Assembly (NCBI GenBank): GCA_951406725.2
Contig: OX597819.1
Span: forward strand, 15,810,001-15,874,000
DNA: 64,000 nucleotides
Direction of reading: 5' to 3'
DNA from: Octopus vulgaris
Lineage: Eukaryota
Part shown: positions 58,478 through 64,000 of the stretch, one piece after another
How the letters are laid out: each line of letters starts with the position of its first letter
Position numbering within the stretch: the first letter of the stretch is position 1
Translations under genes and position numbers: made by a program
The notes under the pieces: generated by a model
What the model was told of the DNA's origin: nothing
The model's database searches: none
The model's input: only the letters and a program-made list of their open reading frames with translations

Positions 58478-59090
58478 ATGAGAGAATACCAAAAAGAGAA
58501 TACCAAAAAAGGGCAACAAAACATCCAGACAGACGACACAAAAAAAAAAAACAAAGCAACGATGGGTCATTCGGAGTTTTCTTTCTTCAGTGGAGTTCCA
58601 GATTATCTTTGCAATTTCGGCTGGTTATACTCGAGATTGCTCCAATCTGGCCAGCCTCAAGGAAAAACTAAGCTAAGAGCACTAGATTCCTTGGAAGAAA
58701 GCAGCGAATGTATACGAAAACAAGGACGGAAAAAACGGGAAAATGGTACACAAATACAAATGCAAATAATGGACATTAACAACAGGTGTCTTTCGACTAA
58801 GTACGAATTAAATTAAGCTGGCGTGTATGAAAGTGAAGCCTTACGGCAGGGACATAAAAGATGACAGGCATAGGAAGGAATATAGATGTTGCACGGATGG
58901 TAGTCGAACCAAGAAAGAAAGGTCAGGCTTGGCCGAACACTGGTCACGGTATTCCGTTTTATATAAATATAGCGGCGTACGTGCACTTTGGTCTCTTATA
59001 TATATAGATATCAATATTGCTATTATTATCGAAGGCAAAATAAATATTTATTCATAACAGCAACATTAATGTAGGTGGTTGCAGGCCTAA
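58478..59090 (-). mobile_element. PLE-like terminal element next to (TA)n, with a structured motif
   Basis: Distantly homologous to 61080-61420; the 3' end abuts (TA)n. Confidence 0.45.
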
Positions 59091-59147
59091 AATCGCATTA
59101 TATAGCTATAGAATTAGAACTATATCAATGATAAGGAAACACTTTTA

Positions 59148-59213
<66 letters not shown>

Positions 59214-59359
59214 ACTGTGTATGCGTGTGTGTATCTGAGGGATTTTTTCGATCCGTTTCGCTCGACTACTGTTGATTCTGCAAATATTTACAGTGTTATT
59301 TCGGTGGTTTAAACGCGAGACTTAGCTCTCATTTCTAGCAGGTAGACGTGTGTCCTTAT

Positions 59360-59679
<320 letters not shown>

Positions 59680-60334
59680 CATGAGAAAATGTATTGTAAA
59701 TAAATAATCGACAGTTAAAAAAACGTATACCGTATTCTGAGTGTACAACTGGACGGGAGTCTGACCCCAGAAGAAACTTAATTCGTCATCGGTTATCAAC
59801 CAGATGGTATTACTCCGTTTCGCACCGTTAATGATAAGACTGAGAACTTATGCTGGTAGTGGGTGCCCGCGAAAGCTGCAGAAAATATCGGGCCGAGAGC
59901 AAAGAAAACAATACAGAGTGGACATATGAAAGTGAGTAAATGTAATTTAAGGCTATGCACAAAGATGAAATAAGTAAAGAACGAGCAAACTATAGCCCCC
60001 GAGTCAAAAAGATAAGAAAGGGGAAGTAAGGCTTAGAAGGAATCCTAAAGGATTAGAAGACAACAAATAGCAAACCAGTGGGGGTACAGAGAGAATTTAG
60101 GACCGGTCATCTACGCAACCGGTGGGAAAAAGGAAGACAAAGAAGAAGGGCTGGGCACTGGTCATGTGTGAGCAACAGACAGAGGAAAAAAGGGGGAGAG
60201 AGAGAGAGGGCGACAGAGGGAAAACAAGGGAATGGATGAAGGGTGAAAAAGGAGAAAGGGTGAAGGTTAGAAATAGAGTCACATGGATATTTAAAACTTA
60301 CTGTTATATATATGTGTGTGTGTATATATGTGTT

Positions 60335-60441
<107 letters not shown>

Positions 60442-60588
60442 TCCACGCATACGTAGCTAAATATACACAGACACACCCAAAGCCAAGCGAAAGACACCCA
60501 TGTATGATATGCGATAACACTGAATAAAAGATATGGCCATACTTTTCTCTGCGTCGGTCTCACTCTCTTTTTTCTTTCTTTCTTTCTT

Positions 60589-60630
<42 letters not shown>

Positions 60631-60902
60631 TATATATATATGTATATATACATATGTATTTATGTATAAATATATGTATGTATATATATATGTGTGTGTG
60701 TATGTGTGTATGTGTGTATATTTGTGTGGGTGTGTGCATTTATATACACACATAGCAACACAAGCTTATCCTTTCGTTTTCTTTCTCACATCCATATACA
60801 CATGTCTATTTGCATGTGTACAGTGCCACACAAACACAATAGTTTATACTAAATACCCTATGCATATATGTTTATACACCCTATATATATATATATATAT
60901 AT

Positions 60903-61070
60903 AACGGGAAAGTTTACGAAAATAAACAAAAGACGAAGGCAGGTGGAGTACAAACAAACAAATGTATTAGTATAGCGCTCAGGAATAGAAATAGAAAAAG
61001 TGTTTTACGTTTCGAGCCTACGCTCTTCGACAGAAAAAAAATGCGTGTAGGAGCTAACGATCTATCATGG
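60903..61070 (-). mobile_element. short (TA)n-inserted element with a hammerhead-like motif at 61002-61037
   Basis: UUUU CUGUCGA a GAGC-guag-GCUC GAAA CGUA AAAC. Confidence 0.7.
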
Positions 61071-61595
61071 CATCATAAATCAAAGGTAAAAAACAACAAA
61101 CGAAAATTGTCAAAACATAACAAGCAGGAAAAGGACAATAGCACAGCAACGGCAAACAGGACAAAACAAGAAACGCGGACCATTTGCAGCCAATTGCTTC
61201 TTCAGTCGGAGTCTGGAATGTCTACGTAGTTTCGCCCAATCCTGTCCGATACTACTCGAAACCAGTTGGGCCAAGCACTTAAGCTGAAGGCCTTAAGCCC
61301 CTGAGCAAGTAAAACGAATGTATATATACAAACACAAGGAAATAATCAGAAAAGGTTTTTCGACTATTGGACAAACGTAACCTAAGAATTATACATATAC
61401 ATATAAAATGGACAAAATCCTTTCGGCTATACAACAAAAATAAAACAAAACAGAGATTTTCGACTATCAGAAAACAAGCTAGCGCAAGGAAAAAGAAAAT
61501 GGGAAAATCTTAACTGACCAGGTGTCGAGACAGAACAGATGCGGCTGACCTCAAAGGCGGTCACCTCAAAAAGGACGATAATGCATACACCGGGG

Positions 61596-61646
<51 letters not shown>

Positions 61647-61761
61647 TGCACACACACACACATGTACACACACACACACATGCACAAACACACATGCACA
61701 CACACACACACATGTACACATACGCACGTACGCACACACACACACATACACACACGCACAC

Positions 61762-61895
61762 ATTGCTGTGTGATAAGAACCATATGGTTCTGGATTCTGT
61801 CCCACTGCGTGGCACCTCGAGGGAGTATCTTCAACCATAGCCTCGGTCCAACTAAAGCCTTGTCAGTGGATTTGGTAGGCGGAAACTGAAAGAAG

Positions 61896-61944
<49 letters not shown>

Positions 61945-62180
61945 TTATGTGTGTGTGTGTGTCTTTCTGTCTGTGTTTGTCCCTTCACCACCGTGTGACA
62001 ACCAGTGCTGGTGTGTTTACGTCCCCGTAACTTAGCGGTTCAGTGAAAGAGACCGATAGAATAAGTACTAGGCTTAAGGAATAAGTCCTGGGGTTGATTT
62101 GTTTGACTAAAACCTTTCAAGGCTGTGCTGCAGCATAGCCGCAGTCAAATGACTGAAACAAGTAAGAGAATAAAAGAATA
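61762..62180 (+). mobile_element. family-C SINE, diverged, near full length
   Basis: Head, internal microsatellite and gactgaaacaagtaa tail. Confidence 0.85.
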
Positions 62181-62194
62181 TATATGCATGTATT

Positions 62195-62760
62195 GTAGGC
62201 TGAAACTTCGAAGTCACTGTAGAACGGTTTTCAAATATACAACAAGGTACCACTCAGCATAATCTCTGTCGCAGGCCATGCAATTGCGTCATCGCTGAAC
62301 CTAGCTATCGAAATCTCTTTGAAAATTTTTAGGTGTGCATTCTTGAACGCATTTATCCAGAATCACTTTCATCGCGCCTGCGCCATCAAATCGTTGTCTC
62401 CGAAAATTGTCCTTATTGGCTCAACAAGGGAGCTGGAGATCCGGGCTCTTCGGTGTACCATTAACCAATTCAACTCACCGATTGCCTGATTTTATCGGAG
62501 ATGTGTGTGATTGTGTGTAGTCGTGGTGAAAATGGATCATTTTCAGATTCAGGTCAGGTTTCTTCTACTTAATTGCTTTTCTACCTCGTTATTCACGGTA
62601 ATTCAAGGAGAATAACGCCCTCGTCATTCCCTAAAACAATTGTCTTGATTTTCTGTGCCGATCGTTGGTTTTCGAATTTCTTGGACTTTGAAGAAGGAGT
62701 GCGGTACCATTTCATGGACTGAGTTTTGGTTTCCGGATCATGAAGATATGCTCACGTTTA
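62195..62760 (-). pseudogene. mariner transposase remnant, catalytic part
   Basis: AYLHDPETKTQSMKWY...KKF and P.SPDL traces. Confidence 0.6.
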
Positions 62761-63399
62761 GTGGCGGCTCGTAGATAAAATTAGGGGTGGGTGCTGCTTC
62801 AGAAAATGTTTAGCCGTTGTTTTAATATTGTGTAAAAGGTTTGCGTTTTAGTCACTGACGGGTAGTGTGTTTAATTTGTTCATTGAACACCGCCGCGAAT
62901 TCCCCTTTGTTTTTCAATAATCCTCCTTAAATCACAAAATAAGAGAGAGAAATCTGCCCTATTTTCCAAATCTCAGCAGCAACACTGAAGCTGGAAGCAG
63001 GATAATAATCTAATACTACACTTTATCACATTCAAGAATATAAACATGTTTTTAAGCACAACACACGCTGATTAAAAAAAAAAACACTACTTTTCACCAG
63101 CACACGACAGTGCTCTCTTTCTCTAACGTGAAGCTTCCTATCTCGGACATGTGAGCTTGCGCACAGCAACCAAACACCGCATAGCTGGAACTGTAAAGCG
63201 CACAGTTCTATACAAGGGTTTTTGTATTTTTTCATAAACTAGGGGATGGCTACTGACATTAAGTTTAAGTATTATATAATGTACAGGTATAAAGAAAGAA
63301 TTAAAGAAAAAAGGACTCATACTCACTATATAGAATGTTATCGATAATATCGAGTGGAAGTAAGGAGTACTGCAGTTCCGCAGTTCCTATACACGAGCC

Positions 63400-63958
63400 A
63401 CCACTGCTCACGTTTCAATCTCTTGTCACAAGATCGAAAAAACGAATCTTCATTGGCGTCCAACGCTTGCAGCATATCAGAGCAGACCTCTTGCTTTCTC
63501 TTCTCGAAATCCGTTGTAAACTCCCGTAGTATTCCCTTTGTACACATCTCCCAATACTCAAAGATTTCCACCATCTTTTGTAATGCAGAACAACCCCAGC
63601 CCAATCGTGCCTCTAGCTCACGGGTTGTGATTCTTTTGTCCCCGCGAATCACTTGGTCCACTCGTTGATGATTCATGCCAATGGTCACAGTTAATGGTCT
63701 GTCATGGATTGTCTTTAATGCTGCTCTCTCGTGCTTTAAATTTTATCATCCCTCAGTGAACATTGTCAATGATGTCATCTTCGTAAACAGCCCATAACTT
63801 TCTGCGGATGTCGGAGAATCTACGCCTCCTTCGTTAAGAACCCAATGATGACATGTTGCTTCTGTTTGGAACCTGTTATATGCCTGCGATGAAGGACAAG
63901 AAGAGTTGTTAAAGAAGAAGAGTTACTCTACCAACATTTTCAATTTGAACGACTCATG
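63400..63958 (-). pseudogene. mariner transposase remnant, N-terminal part
   Basis: RVDQVIRGDKRITTREL...LG.G.S......LREFT...K.KQEVC..L; TIR-like end near 63957. Confidence 0.7.
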
Positions 63959-64000
63959 CTAGTTAATAAAGAAGTGATACCCACTTGTCCATTACTTTCC

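Overview
Eukaryotic, AT-rich and extremely microsatellite-dense DNA. The tRNA-derived SINE families point to an octopus (cephalopod) genome; this is inference, not a database result. Almost all listed ORFs are translation artefacts of microsatellites. Identifiable content: (1) the probable last exons and about 1.8 kb of 3'UTR of a + strand gene (about 2.0-10.7 kb); (2) a young 5'-truncated CR1-like LINE with an intact RT frame; (3) decayed R4/Dong-like RLE LINEs, RTE LINEs, mariner/Tc1, hAT, Helitron/Helentron and Gypsy remnants; (4) many SINEs. The most unusual signal is a set of Penelope-like (PLE) terminal elements carrying hammerhead-ribozyme motifs. There are at least seven copies in three or four families, with covarying stems and a recurrent non-canonical core. 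They sit in (TA)n tracts and are associated with fold-back insertions: a 2.4 kb palindrome with a hammerhead near each end, and two independent asymmetric hairpin insertions with 12-13 bp target-site duplications. Two diverged elements also share a covarying structured-RNA motif built from hammerhead core strings.
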